DNA of 64,000 bases from an uncultured Gemmatimonadales bacterium (GTDB taxonomy: Bacteria > Gemmatimonadota > Gemmatimonadetes > Longimicrobiales > RSA9). The notes beneath the pieces are model-generated. The model was given only the letters and a program-made list of their open reading frames with translations, did no database searches and was not told the DNA's origin. This document shows positions 50,731 to 61,408 of the stretch, piece after piece. How positions within the stretch are numbered: position 1 is the first letter of the stretch; each line of letters starts with the position of its first letter. Both the position numbers and the translations under genes were made by a program. The stretch spans positions 288,001 through 352,000 of the forward strand of contig CAWCRS010000007.1 in assembly GCA_963798085.1 (NCBI GenBank). The letters run 5' to 3'.

Positions 50731-50952
50731 CTACGGCTTGAGAATCGGCGATCCGCCCGCGGCCAGCCCGAATGCGGCAAGACGCGAGAGGCTGCGCAGG
50801 AACCGCTCTGTAGGGTCCCGCGCCGGCAACAGATCACCACAGCGTTCGCAAAGCAGGCCTCTGACCCGATCGATCCCCGCCCCATCGGGCAGAGGACTTC
50901 CGGGTGTGCGCCACGCGTCCGCGGGGAGGGTCTGACACTGGTCGCACAGCAT
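50731..50952 (-). CDS. Putative 73-aa CxxC...CxxC zinc-finger protein
   Basis: MLCDQC...LLCERC; AAAAGG upstream; ends 36 bp before the export gene on the same strand. Confidence 0.5.
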   Translation of the reverse strand: MLCDQCQTLPADAWRTPGSPLPDGAGIDRVRGLLCERCGDLLPARDPTERFLRSLSRLAAFGLAAGGSPILKP

Positions 50953-51430
50953 TGTTCCGCACCTTTTTGCGCGCGCTCGCCTCGAGCGCATTCGATCGCA
51001 CCACGCAATCACTCCAGTTGACTCGGAAGTCTCCTCTCAAGTTCGGTGCCGCTTCTGCGAGCGCCTGAAATCCGCTGTACCACGCCGGTTTAGCCCGTCT
51101 GCCCTGCGCAGTCAGGGTTGACCCGGGGGCTTCAACCGCCCGCCCGTTGTCGCGACCACGCAACGGGCCGGTTGCTTTTCCGCACCGTTCGATCACGACG
51201 GGCCGCAGAGCGCAGTTCGCTTTGCTCCATCAAGTCAGTGCTGTAACGCGGTTTACCGCCGGCGCCACGGAAACTGACACGACTCGACGAACCGCATGCG
51301 TAACACTGGAATCCGGAGCACGACTCGTGCGGTCTGCCGCCGGACCATGTAGAACCCCGGGCGCTCGCGCGCCTCAGACCCAGCTTCATCGGTTGAGTCC
51401 GAAACAGAGGTCAGGGAGGCGCAACTCACC

Positions 51431-52333
51431 ATGGAATCCGTACCGAGGATTCCCCGAAAGCCCGTTGTGGCAATCGCCGGCCAGCACGAGTGGCTGGTCC
51501 GTTCGCTTGAGAGCATCTTCAGCTCGAGCGGCTTCAGCGCCGTTGCACGCGCAAGCCACGAAACTCTCGACTGGCTCGAGGCGACTCGACCGGATCTCGT
51601 CGTTCTCGAAGCCGACCCGCCGGACGTCCTCTGGCAAACCATGTTCGAAGCTGTGCGTCGCGCACGTGGCGTAACCCGCGCCACCCCGATCATTGCGGCC
51701 ACCGCGGAGTCTCTTTCGCGGGCCAGGCGCATCGACGCCCTCCGTGCTGGCGCCTGGGACGTATTCGGTCATCCTCTCGATGCCGAATCCCTCATCCTCA
51801 AGGCCAACACGTACGTGGCTGCCAAGCTCGAAGAAGAGGACACGCGCGATCGCAGCCTGATCGATCCGGAGACGGACTTCTACAACGTCCGTGGCGTTTT
51901 GCGGCGCATTTACGAAGAAGCTTCGGAAGCGGCCCGCAACCACACGCCACTGGCCTGCGTCGTGGCATCGCTCGAGTCGCCTGCGGCCGAGCCGCCTACG
52001 CCCGAGCGCACACGCGCACTCGCACAGGCGTTCCGCCGGGCCAGCCGTTCGTCCGATGTCTTCGGACGCCTCGGACCCAACGAGTTTGTGGTGGTCGCGC
52101 CCGGCACGGATTCCCCGGGCGCCCGCAGCTTCGCTCAGCGGCTCTCACAGCTGATCGCCCCGGTCACTGAAGGCACAGAAGAGCCGGGGGCGGGGCTCCG
52201 CGCCGGCTTCGCGGCTGTGGGCGATCTCTCGCGCGGCGATGTCGAGCCGGTCGACCTGTTCGTGCGCGCCGTGGCCGCGTTGCGTGCCGCACAGTCCGCG
52301 GACACCGGCGACCGTATCCGCAGCTTCGACTGA
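51431..52333 (+). CDS. Pseudo-receiver + degenerate GGDEF protein
   Basis: RPDLVVLE receiver-like segment, DPETDFYN, RSSDVFGRLGPNEF; GGAGG RBS. Confidence 0.85.
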   Translation: MESVPRIPRKPVVAIAGQHEWLVRSLESIFSSSGFSAVARASHETLDWLEATRPDLVVLEADPPDVLWQTMFEAVRRARGVTRATPIIAATAESLSRARRIDALRAGAWDVFGHPLDAESLILKANTYVAAKLEEEDTRDRSLIDPETDFYNVRGVLRRIYEEASEAARNHTPLACVVASLESPAAEPPTPERTRALAQAFRRASRSSDVFGRLGPNEFVVVAPGTDSPGARSFAQRLSQLIAPVTEGTEEPGAGLRAGFAAVGDLSRGDVEPVDLFVRAVAALRAAQSADTGDRIRSFD

Positions 52334-52400
52334 GCCCGGCTCAGCGCCGCCTGGTCGGGCAGGCAGCCTCCAAACAGTTGGTTAGAACCTGGAAAGAGAA

Positions 52401-52432
52401 CTGCCCGGGCGATCCATCGACCGCCCGGGCAG
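52401..52432. terminator. Perfect 11-bp hairpin between convergent genes
   Basis: CTGCCCGGGCG-10nt-CGCCCGGGCAG; only weak U-tracts. Confidence 0.5.
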
Positions 52433-52460
52433 GCTTCTTGGTGCTTGCGGCCATAACGGC

Positions 52461-54938
52461 TCAGCGCTGGCCGAGGTCGTCGCCTCCTCGCGGACCGTCA
52501 CCCGTCAACGGCTCCGCGCTGCCGCTCTCGACGCCTGGCAGCGCGTGCTGGCCATCTTCGTCCAGCACCTCGTAGCCGGACACGTACGAGTAGTAGCGAT
52601 ACTGGCTGCCCTGAGTCACGTCGTTCAGCACGGCACCCACGACCCGTACGGGCAGGCGGTCCAGCGCATCCAGCTTCGACTCGGCAAGCGAGCGATCCGT
52701 CGAGCCCGTTCGCACCACGAGCACGAGATTGCGTGTCAGCGTGGCCAGCACCATCGGGTCGACGCACGCTCCCAGAGGCGGGCTGTCGACCAGAATCACA
52801 TCGTAGTCGGCGCGCAGGTCGCGCATCAACTGACGCATCGTCGGCGAGCCCAGCAGCTTCGGCCCTGATTCCTGCCGCGATCCGCAGCCAATGAAGTGCA
52901 GCAGCGGATAGCGCGTTTCCTGAATGATCGAAGCGCGGTCGGTCCGGCCTCCGAGATAATCGGTCAGCCCCGGCCGATGCTGCGCACCCAGCAGCCGGTG
53001 CATCGAACCGCGGCGAACGTCCCCATCCAGCACCAGCGTGCGGTGGCCCATGTCTGCGAACGCAATGGCGAGATTCGACGTCACAAACGACTTGCCGTCC
53101 AATGCGCCCGGGCTGGTGAACGTCACCATGATCGGTCCGCCATTGCCCACCGCGTGCGTAAGGCTCAGCTGTATCGACCGGAACGCCTCCACCGCCAGTG
53201 CCATGTCCGCAGGCCCCAGACGGCCACCACGCAGCGCCGGAACCGCACCCAGAATGTTGAGGCCCATGCCAGCGGTAACCTGATCCGGATACTGCACGCG
53301 CGAATCCATGCGATCCCGCGCCACTGCCGCCAGCAGCGCGACGAACAGTGCGCCGCCCACGAACATCAGAAGAACCGTGCGACGCGGATCCTCCACCGGT
53401 GTTACCGGCACACTCGGCCGCGAAGTTACCTGGAGATCAGCCGTCGTCGTGAGTTCGGTCAGTTTCGCTGCCTGGTACCGGCTCTCCAGCTGGCGATACA
53501 GGTCTTCCGCGATCGCCCGCTGCCGCGTGAGCTGGTCCTGCTCGATCGCGCGCTCGGGGATCTTGCGCATCTCCGTGCCCAGGCCGTCGATCTGCCGTGT
53601 CAGCTCATTGGTCCGCTGGTCCATCTGCGCGAGCAGCGCATTCGCATACATCGGAATCACCTGCTTCACGAGCGAGTCGCGGTACTCGATCGCGCGCTTC
53701 ATCGCCGCGAACTCCGGCGTGTACGTCACACCCAGCGTGCGCACGTTCGCCTCGGCGTTCTCCGTTTCCTTGAGTGCGCCCATCAACTGCGAGGATGTCT
53801 TCGAGGAGGGGATCGCTTCCAGCGCCGTGATGAGGATCGCTACGTTGCTCGTGTCCGAGAGCGCTCGCTGGACGTTGGCTTTGTCCGTCAGAAGCTGGTC
53901 CTTCTGCATGTTCAGCGAGAAGTAGTTCCCGTAGACCGTGTTATCCGTGTTCGGCAGCCCCGCGGGTACCGTCGCGCCGAAGCCGCGATCCTCACGCGGC
54001 AGCGTCGCCGTATTCACTCGGAATCGCTGCAGCGCCATTTCATTCGTGTGCAGAACCGAGTCCGCGCGGTGCAGCTGCTCGTCCAGGATCTTCGTCTCAG
54101 CCGTCAGCCGCTGCTTCTTCAGCTCCAGCGCTACCTCTTCGAAGCGGTCCATTACCGCTTCCAGCGTCGCCGCAACCCGGTTGGCGTCGGTGCCGCGCAG
54201 CGTGATGCGCAGGAAGTTGTTGTCCTTCTGCCCCTGAATCACGCTCTGCCCGACGGTAATCTGCGTACCCAGGTCGTTGCCTACTTCCGCCGGCGAGCGA
54301 ACGCTGAACTCGATGGGACGGTCGTTGGGAATCGCCGAACGAACGGGCACCCAGCGGAAGCCCACGGACAGTCCGATGGAATCGCCGAACGCCCGCCGCT
54401 CGATCACACTGTTATTGGCATCAGACAGGATCAGACCGCGCTTGGACTGATCCAGGGCCAGCGAGTACCGGCCTGTTTGCAGCTTGCGCCGTGCGTAGCC
54501 GAATCCCTGCAGCGCGATCGAGTCTTCCGCATGGGCCGGCGCCAGGTAGAGGCGTCGCTGCAGAACCACAGAGTCCAGCACAACCGGTGACTTCAACAGG
54601 TTCTGCCAGCCCAGTGCGTCCAGCAGTGCGCCTTGCCGGATCGGGCCGACCGATCCGCTGCCGCCCGCCAGACCGCTTCCCAGCCACACCTGCGCCCGCG
54701 TCTCGTAGATCGGCTTCTGGAACCGCATCGCGACCACACCCGCTCCCGCACCAAGGGCCGTGATCGCCAGGATCATCCATTTGAAGCGCAGCAGCGCCAT
54801 CCATGTGCGCAGCTGGATCGACGTCGTGGGACCTGCCGGGCCCGCACCGTTCCCCAGCGCCGGCGTGCCCGCGAACGGACGGCCCATCGGCTCGGGTGCC
54901 CCGTGTGCTTCGTACGGAACCGGACTCTTGTTCGACAT
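52461..54938 (-). CDS. Polysaccharide co-polymerase / BY tyrosine autokinase (Wzc-like)
   Basis: Two TM segments, coiled coil, EAFRSI, SPGALDGKS Walker A, LDGDVR, VDSPP, C-terminal YRYYSY Tyr cluster. Confidence 0.93.
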   Translation of the reverse strand: MSNKSPVPYEAHGAPEPMGRPFAGTPALGNGAGPAGPTTSIQLRTWMALLRFKWMILAITALGAGAGVVAMRFQKPIYETRAQVWLGSGLAGGSGSVGPIRQGALLDALGWQNLLKSPVVLDSVVLQRRLYLAPAHAEDSIALQGFGYARRKLQTGRYSLALDQSKRGLILSDANNSVIERRAFGDSIGLSVGFRWVPVRSAIPNDRPIEFSVRSPAEVGNDLGTQITVGQSVIQGQKDNNFLRITLRGTDANRVAATLEAVMDRFEEVALELKKQRLTAETKILDEQLHRADSVLHTNEMALQRFRVNTATLPREDRGFGATVPAGLPNTDNTVYGNYFSLNMQKDQLLTDKANVQRALSDTSNVAILITALEAIPSSKTSSQLMGALKETENAEANVRTLGVTYTPEFAAMKRAIEYRDSLVKQVIPMYANALLAQMDQRTNELTRQIDGLGTEMRKIPERAIEQDQLTRQRAIAEDLYRQLESRYQAAKLTELTTTADLQVTSRPSVPVTPVEDPRRTVLLMFVGGALFVALLAAVARDRMDSRVQYPDQVTAGMGLNILGAVPALRGGRLGPADMALAVEAFRSIQLSLTHAVGNGGPIMVTFTSPGALDGKSFVTSNLAIAFADMGHRTLVLDGDVRRGSMHRLLGAQHRPGLTDYLGGRTDRASIIQETRYPLLHFIGCGSRQESGPKLLGSPTMRQLMRDLRADYDVILVDSPPLGACVDPMVLATLTRNLVLVVRTGSTDRSLAESKLDALDRLPVRVVGAVLNDVTQGSQYRYYSYVSGYEVLDEDGQHALPGVESGSAEPLTGDGPRGGDDLGQR

Positions 54939-55571
54939 GCCCATGCCCTCGATTGACCTGTAAGGGTCCCTCAACCCGCATCGCCATGCGACGGGGCCAG
55001 ACCCTCAGACCGCGCACCCCCTGCGCCAGCCATCCATCCCCACATTGAGGACGGCCACGCAACCGGCAAATTTCGCGCTCATTATTGTACTTGCGCAGTT
55101 CCAGAAAGTACCCGCACCACATGTCGACGCCGCTCGACCGCCGGCAAGACTGTTGCAGAGCATCGACACGCACTGCCCCAGTTGTGGGCCTGGTGCACCA
55201 GACAGCCGCACCAGGGTTGGTCGATTCAAGCGCCGAGACCAATCAGCCGAGATGCTTGTTGTCGCAATCAATCATATAGTTGCGGGGCTCACGCGACGAA
55301 CTTAGAATATATCGTACCTGTTCGAGCAGGTCGCCATACCGCGGCGGCGCCCGACTGTCCCGTGTCGGGTGGCGACGATCGTTCTGGAATGCTGCGTGGA
55401 ATTGAGCAGAAGCGTGCTCTCCCCGGGCTCGCTGTGAAGGAACACTCCGCAACCGTAGCCAGGGACTGGACCAGGGTAGGTCAAGGTGGCCTTGCCTGAG
55501 GGCAGTTGACGCATGGGGAAACCGGAAGGTCTCCGCGAGGGGACGCGTGTGTTCAGGGAGGATGGCAGAGT

Positions 55572-57112
55572 ATGGCGAGTGATGTTCTGGTGAACGGCCC
55601 GGGCCGCAGCGTGTTCGCGCGCGAAGGTGCGGAGGCAAAGCCGGATGGTGTGCCCGAGGCTGAGCTTGGTGCTGAAGCCAAGGCGACGATTCATGTGCTG
55701 ATCGTCGATGACGAGTACACGCTGCGCGAGAGTTGCGCGAGCCTCCTGCGCCAGGAGGGCTATAAGGTATCCGTCTGTGAGAGCGGCACCGAGGCCGATT
55801 GAGCAGATGCGGCGCAGGCAGGTGGACATCGCGTTGATCGATCTGTTCATGGAAGGCATGACCGGCCTCGAAGTGCTTGCCGGCTGCCTCGAAGCCAAGC
55901 CCGACACGCTCGCCATCATCATGACCGGCAATCCGAGTGTCGAGTCGAGCGTGATGGCCCTGGGCGCCGGGGCATGGGATTACCTGCCCAAGCCGTTCTC
56001 CGCGACCCATCTCCAGATTCTCGTGGGGCGCGCAGCCCATACGGCCCTGCGCAACCGCGAGCAGTCGCAGACGCCCGAAGTGCTGACGCTGCCTCGTGGT
56101 CACAGTGAGAAAGTGCCGCTGCTGGGGCAGAGCCCTGCCATGCTCAAGGTCATTGAGCTGGCGCGCAAAGTCGCCGCGACCGACGCGTCCGTGTTCATCA
56201 CGGGAGAGAGCGGGACCGGCAAGGAAATGATCGCGCAGTTCATGCATCAGCACAGCCGCAGGGCCGCCCGGCCCATGGTGGCGGTCAACTGCGCAGCACT
56301 ACCCGAGACGCTGCTCGAGTCCGAGATGTTCGGACACGTAAAGGGCGCGTTCACCGGCGCCGTCCGCGACAAGCCCGGCCTGCTCGAGGTGGCAAACGGC
56401 AGCACATTCTTCCTCGATGAGTTGACCGAAATGCCGCTGACGCATCCAGGCCAAGCTGCTGCGCGTCGTTCAGGATGGTGTGGTTCGTCGGGTAGGCAGC
56501 GAGACTACGGATTCTGTCGTGAATGTACGCTTCATCGCTGCCACGAACCGCGATGTGCGCGGCGCAGTCGATGATGGCGGTCTGCGAAAGGACCTGTTCT
56601 ATCGCCTCAGCGTCGTCCCCATTCATCTGCCGCCGCTTCGCGAGCGGCCCGAGGATATCGCCCTGCTGGCAGAGAATTTCCTGATGCGCTACTGGCGGCG
56701 TCATCGCGGTTCACGCGCATCACAGCCGCGCCTGAGCAAGGCGGCGATGCGGTCGCTCGAGTCCCGGCCGTGGCGAGGCAACGTGCGTGAGTTGCAGAAC
56801 GCGATCGAGCACGCCGTCGTGCTGCTCGATCCAGGCGCGGAGATCCAGCCGGAGGACATCCCCGTCGTCATCGACAGCACGGCACCACCACCCTCGCCCA
56901 TGGCGGGGTTCGATCCGGCTGGCGAGAAGTATCACGTCGCGCGCGATCGCATCCTGGCCGATTTCGAGCGTAGCTATCTGAGCTGGCTGCTGGATCGCGT
57001 GGGGGCGAACATGTCGCGAGCCGCCAAAGTTGCAGGCGTCGATCGCACCACGTTGTACCGTCTGATGGAAAAACACGGTCTGCAGCGCGACACGGTGATC
57101 AAGGCGGGTTGA
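55572..57112 (+). CDS. Sigma54-dependent response regulator (NtrC family), frameshifts near 55797 and 56443
   Basis: VLIVDDE, LIDL, YLPKPF, GESGTGKE, ESEMFGHVKGAFTGA, FLDE, QAKLLR, WRGNVREL, Fis HTH VDRTTLYR. Confidence 0.92.
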
Positions 57113-57216
57113 GCCGCAACTGGGAAAAACGCGAGTTGCATGCGTCAAGAGGTAGGAGGGGCGTGGCCGGGAAACGTGGATCCGATGCAGGCATAGCTGG
57201 ACAGCCGACGAGGGCG

Positions 57217-58280
57217 ATGGGCGATTCGGCGCGACCAACGGAGCGGTTATCGCTGCAGAAGGCAGCGGAAGCGGCTGCGGACCGGATCGCAACGCGCGGC
57301 GACTCGGGCGTCAACGCCGCTACGCTTCGCTCCGAGGCGCAGCGATTGTTGCGCGTCGTGGAAGCCGATGAATCGCTGGCCGAAAATGAGACGCGACACG
57401 GATCTGCTTCGTCGACTGCTCCATCATTTCCGCTCCGAACTGCTCAGCGACTGGCGCGCGCGGCCCGAACCGCCTTCTTCCGAAATCATGCTGCGAACGC
57501 TCGCCGGCATCGAGGACATCGCGGCGGATCTGGCGCAGCGTCGCACGCGCAAGATGACCGGCGCGGGCATGCCGGATGGCTACGATTTTGCCGCTGGCGT
57601 CGCCCACGACCTCCGTTCTCCGCTTACGTCGATCCTGTTCCTCGCGGAAACGCTGCACTCGCAGGACAGAGCGGCGACTGAATGACACTCAGCGCCGGCA
57701 GCTGGGCATCATCTACAGTGCGGCACTCGGCCTCGTCTCGGTGGCCAGCGACATCATCGAGCTGGTGCGCGGCGGTGATGGCCTCACAGAGCGCGAGCCA
57801 ATTCTCTTCTCGGTCACCGAGATCCTCGAATCCGTGCATGACATCGTGCGGCCCATGGCGGAGGAGAAGGGTCTGGGCGTGCACCTCTTTCCGCCCGCGC
57901 TCGATCAGCGCTACGGGTATCCTCTCGCCCTGAGCCGCGTGCTGTTGAATCTCACCACGAATGGTCTCAAATACACAGACTCCGGTTTTGTCGAGATCTC
58001 GGTACGCGCTACCGGCCCATCGCGGCTCGAGTTCTCGGTCCGCGACACCGGCAAGGGGTACGGACCTGAGGCGCTGGAGACTCTCTATGAGCCGTTCCGC
58101 CGTACCGGCGGTCGCAACTTCGGCTTCTCGGGCACGGGTCTCGGCCTGGCCATCTCGCGCAAGCTCGTTGCCGCAATGGGCTCGACGCTCGAGGTCGAGA
58201 CGCGGCCCAGGTGGGGCACCCGCTTCTATTTCGAGGTGGAACTGACGCCCGGTCCGCGGGACGGCGCGGTCGGCGGCTGA
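57217..58280 (+). CDS. Cytoplasmic histidine kinase, two frameshifts (about 57395 and 57670)
   Basis: VAHDLRSPL H-box; NLTTNGLKYT, VRDTGKG, LYEPF, GTGLGLAIS in next frame; start uncertain. Confidence 0.82.
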
Positions 58281-58485
58281 GCGACGAGTTCCGTCCACGC
58301 ATTTGTCGCACCCTTCCCACAGCCGTTGTTCACCCCCCACTCCCGAGGCCGCTACATCCCTTGGAGTAAATCTGACAAATCATTGTATGACAATCAGTTG
58401 AGCGCACCGAAGGTGCCTCGCACAAGCATTGCTGATCAGGACGACAGTCGATGAAGGGGGAATCACTTCACGCGAGTCGTCCAAA

Positions 58486-59268
58486 ATGCTATTGCCAGCC
58501 GAATCGAGCACGACGACAATGGGGTCGAGTCAGGCGAGTGCCTTCCGCGCCTCCCCAGCCACGTCTTCGTACGACCGTGTGGTGGCGTACGAGCGGGACA
58601 TGCGGGCCGCAGAATCCGCGGCCGAGCGGACCACCGCCGAACAGCTGCGGCGAGCGCTGAATGTGGTCGCTGCGCTGGTCGCGTTCGTGCTCACGCTGCC
58701 CTTCACGCTTCTGATCGGGCTGCTGATCAAGCTGTCATCGCCGGGACCGATTCTCTACACGCAGGCGCGCGTTGGCATTGATCGACGCCGCCCCGGAGAT
58801 GGCGTGAGCGATGGTCGCCGCGTGGTTGATTACGGCGGCAAGCTTTTCCGCATCTACAAGTTCCGCACGATGTACGTGAGCCCGGGTGATGCACCGCAGA
58901 TGTGGGCCAGGCGGGATGACCCGCGGGTAACGCCGGTCGGTCGTGTCCTGCGCAAATACAGACTGGATGAGTTGCCCCAGGTGTTCAATGTCCTGCGCGG
59001 TGACATGAATCTCGTGGGTCCGCGACCCGAGCAACCGCGCATCTTCGCGCTGCTTCGCGACCAGATTCCCAACTACGAGTTGCGGCAGCGCGTGCTCCCG
59101 GGCCTGACCGGCCTGGCGCAGGTGAATCAGACATATGACACCTCAACCGAGGATGTACGTCGGAAGGTGCAATACGATCTGGAGTACATCGCGCGCCGAT
59201 CCACCACGCAGGATGTGCGTATCCTGCTGGCTACGCCGCTGGCTGTCTTTAAGAAGCGGGCCTGGTGA
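58486..59268 (+). CDS. Priming sugar transferase (undecaprenyl-phosphate glycosyl-1-P transferase family); start uncertain
   Basis: [50 protein letters not shown]. Confidence 0.93.
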   Translation: MLLPAESSTTTMGSSQASAFRASPATSSYDRVVAYERDMRAAESAAERTTAEQLRRALNVVAALVAFVLTLPFTLLIGLLIKLSSPGPILYTQARVGIDRRRPGDGVSDGRRVVDYGGKLFRIYKFRTMYVSPGDAPQMWARRDDPRVTPVGRVLRKYRLDELPQVFNVLRGDMNLVGPRPEQPRIFALLRDQIPNYELRQRVLPGLTGLAQVNQTYDTSTEDVRRKVQYDLEYIARRSTTQDVRILLATPLAVFKKRAW

Positions 59269-60140
59269 CCGAATGGGTTGCCTCCCGCGCGGCGGGACGG
59301 GTGGCGGGCGTTGCCGCTCTTCCCTGGATCGCGACCGGAGCCGCCTTCCTGTTGTTGTTCTGGGGCCCGCTCGCCGGGATGTTCAGCCAGTGGCTGAGCG
59401 ATCCGGATTCGGGTCATGGTCTGCTCCTCACGCCGGTGGCGGTGGTGCTGGCAGTGAAAGCGGGCAGACTGGCGGGGAGCCGGGGTCAGCCCGTGGCAGG
59501 CGGTCTGATACTGACGGGTTCCGTGTTGCTTCGATACGTCGCAGGTCTGGCGGCCGAGGTGTTCACGATGCGGCTGTCGGCGCTTGGTGCACTGTTCGGG
59601 ATCGTCGTGTTCTTCTGGGGATTCCGACAGCTGCTGAAGTGGTGGTTGCCCGCGGTGCTGCTGGTGCTGTCGGTGCCATTACCTCAGGTGCTGACCGGGA
59701 CGCTCGCCCTGCCGCTGCAGTTCCGGGCTTCAAGGATGGGAGCGGCGATGCTGGCCTGGCGACACGTGCCCGTCGCAGTTGCGGGGAATGTGATTCAGTT
59801 GCCGAACCAGAGACTGTTCGTAACCGAAGCATGCAGCGGCCTGCGTTCGCTGACGGCCCTGTTGGCGCTCGGGTTCCTGATCGGGGGAGTGTGGCTTCGA
59901 ACGTGGTGGGCGAGAGCCGTGCTGGTACTGGCCGCGATACCGATCGCGATGCTGCTCAACAGCGTACGCATCTTCCTGACTGGATTCGCTGTGTTTTTCA
60001 TTAACCCGAAACTCGGGCAGGGCCTGATGCACTACAGCGAAGGGTGGGCGATGTTCGTCGCCGCATTCCTGACGCTCGGCGTGGGCGCCTGGGTTCTGGG
60101 CCAGGGTGAGAGCGTGCTCCTGCGGCGGAGTGCGCCGTGA
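59265..60140 (+). CDS. Exosortase (EpsH family)
   Basis: SGHG, VTEACSGLRSL (Cys), NSVRI (Arg), MHYSEG (His); multi-TM. Confidence 0.93.
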   Translation: MTEWVASRAAGRVAGVAALPWIATGAAFLLLFWGPLAGMFSQWLSDPDSGHGLLLTPVAVVLAVKAGRLAGSRGQPVAGGLILTGSVLLRYVAGLAAEVFTMRLSALGALFGIVVFFWGFRQLLKWWLPAVLLVLSVPLPQVLTGTLALPLQFRASRMGAAMLAWRHVPVAVAGNVIQLPNQRLFVTEACSGLRSLTALLALGFLIGGVWLRTWWARAVLVLAAIPIAMLLNSVRIFLTGFAVFFINPKLGQGLMHYSEGWAMFVAAFLTLGVGAWVLGQGESVLLRRSAP

Positions 60141-60772
60141 GAACGCACAGCTCGTGGGTGCCGGCAGCGATTCTGGTGGCGGGTGCTGTGCTCGTGCGCG
60201 GTGCGGGCCATCAGCGAGCGATGACGTTGCGCGAGCCGCTCAATGTCGCAGTTCCGAGGCAGATTGCCGGCATGACCGGTGAGGATCGAGCGATCTCCCG
60301 CGACGAGCAGGAAGTGGCCGGCATGTCGTCCTATGTGATGCGCGCGTTCACGAACGGTGCCGTTCCCGCGTTTTCGCTGTACGTCGGCTACTACGAGAGC
60401 CAGACGCAGGGACGCACGATTCACTCGCCGCGCAACTGCCTGCCAGGCGCCGGCTGGGAAGCGCTGTCTTCCAGTGTCATACCCATCGCCACGCCGGCGG
60501 GAACCGTGATGGTGAATCGCACGCTGGTGCAGAACCACAATGAGCGCGCTCTCGTGCTTTACTGGTACCAGGGTCGCGGCCGCATTGAATCAAACGAGTA
60601 CAAGGTGAAGTGGCAGTTGCTGCGCGACGCGGCGCTCAAGGGCCGCACGGAGGAAGCCCTGGTGCGCATCATCGTGCCCATTCAGACGACCGAAGCGGAG
60701 TCGGTCGATCTGGCAACACGCGCGGCGGCGGAAGTGGTGCCGGCCGTCTATCACGCACTTCCGAACGCGTAG
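60137..60772 (+). CDS. epsI: EpsI-family exosortase-associated protein
   Basis: LYVGYYESQ, IHSPRNCLPGAGW, VLYWYQ, ALVRI. Confidence 0.92.
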   Translation: MRTHSSWVPAAILVAGAVLVRGAGHQRAMTLREPLNVAVPRQIAGMTGEDRAISRDEQEVAGMSSYVMRAFTNGAVPAFSLYVGYYESQTQGRTIHSPRNCLPGAGWEALSSSVIPIATPAGTVMVNRTLVQNHNERALVLYWYQGRGRIESNEYKVKWQLLRDAALKGRTEEALVRIIVPIQTTEAESVDLATRAAAEVVPAVYHALPNA

Positions 60773-60783
60773 GAGCTCTCTGC

Positions 60784-61314
60784 ATGGCAACAGCGGAACG
60801 CGAGCGGCCCAATGTCGTGGTGGGCAGCAGCAAGGACGTGGCACGATACCGCTTCCTTTCGTCCACGTTCTCGGCCCACGCGGCGCGCGCACTGTTCGCA
60901 GCCGGCCTCCTCTTCCTGCTGGGAAGCATGGCGGACCTGGCCATCCTGTGGTTCTATCAATTCCAGCCCGGCAATGCCTACACAGAGATGGTGGCGCTGA
61001 GCAGCACGCTCGAAGGCCTGCCCCGCATTGCCCTCGCCGCAGCGCTTATCTGGGCCGGTATGCAGATTCGCGGCACCACGTCACTGCTCGCGCACCGGCT
61101 GCTGGGCACACTTCTCCTGCTCACGGGACTGGCCGGCGGATTGGCCGGTGCCCTCCTGATCAGTGACTACTTCGTGCTGCGGGGTCAGCCTTTGACGCCC
61201 CAGGCACATGCGATTTTTGTGAGCTCAATGCTCAAGGGAACGACGCTGGCCGGACTGCATGTGTTGCTGCTGATTCCGGTCGGCATCATGAGTGTGCGGC
61301 GTCCAAGGGTCTGA
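60784..61314 (+). CDS. Hypothetical four-TM membrane protein
   Basis: AGGAG RBS, four hydrophobic segments, operonic position after epsI. Confidence 0.75.
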   Translation: MATAERERPNVVVGSSKDVARYRFLSSTFSAHAARALFAAGLLFLLGSMADLAILWFYQFQPGNAYTEMVALSSTLEGLPRIALAAALIWAGMQIRGTTSLLAHRLLGTLLLLTGLAGGLAGALLISDYFVLRGQPLTPQAHAIFVSSMLKGTTLAGLHVLLLIPVGIMSVRRPRV

Positions 61315-61408
61315 GCCATCCCCGGCGGACCCAGGGGCTCGCGCAAACGGCGGCACATCGAGAGCATTCTCGAGTCGCTGCCGGACAATTAGCCGGAAGG
61401 AGGTGTGC

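Noticed and set aside
55512..55548. GTCTCC-GCGA-GGGGAC-GC hairpin resembling the P2 arm of a second GEMM riboswitch
   Set aside because: Lacks the upstream GCAAA and downstream GCAAAG/P3 elements
14145..58280. Frameshifts in galT, TIM-barrel, VWA, proline racemase, tkt, sigma54 regulator and histidine kinase as pseudogenes or programmed frameshifting
   Set aside because: They appear to be single-base indels, several in short base runs, with both halves otherwise intact and no shared slippery motif; they even hit transketolase. Sequencing or assembly error is the simplest explanation; check by read mapping.
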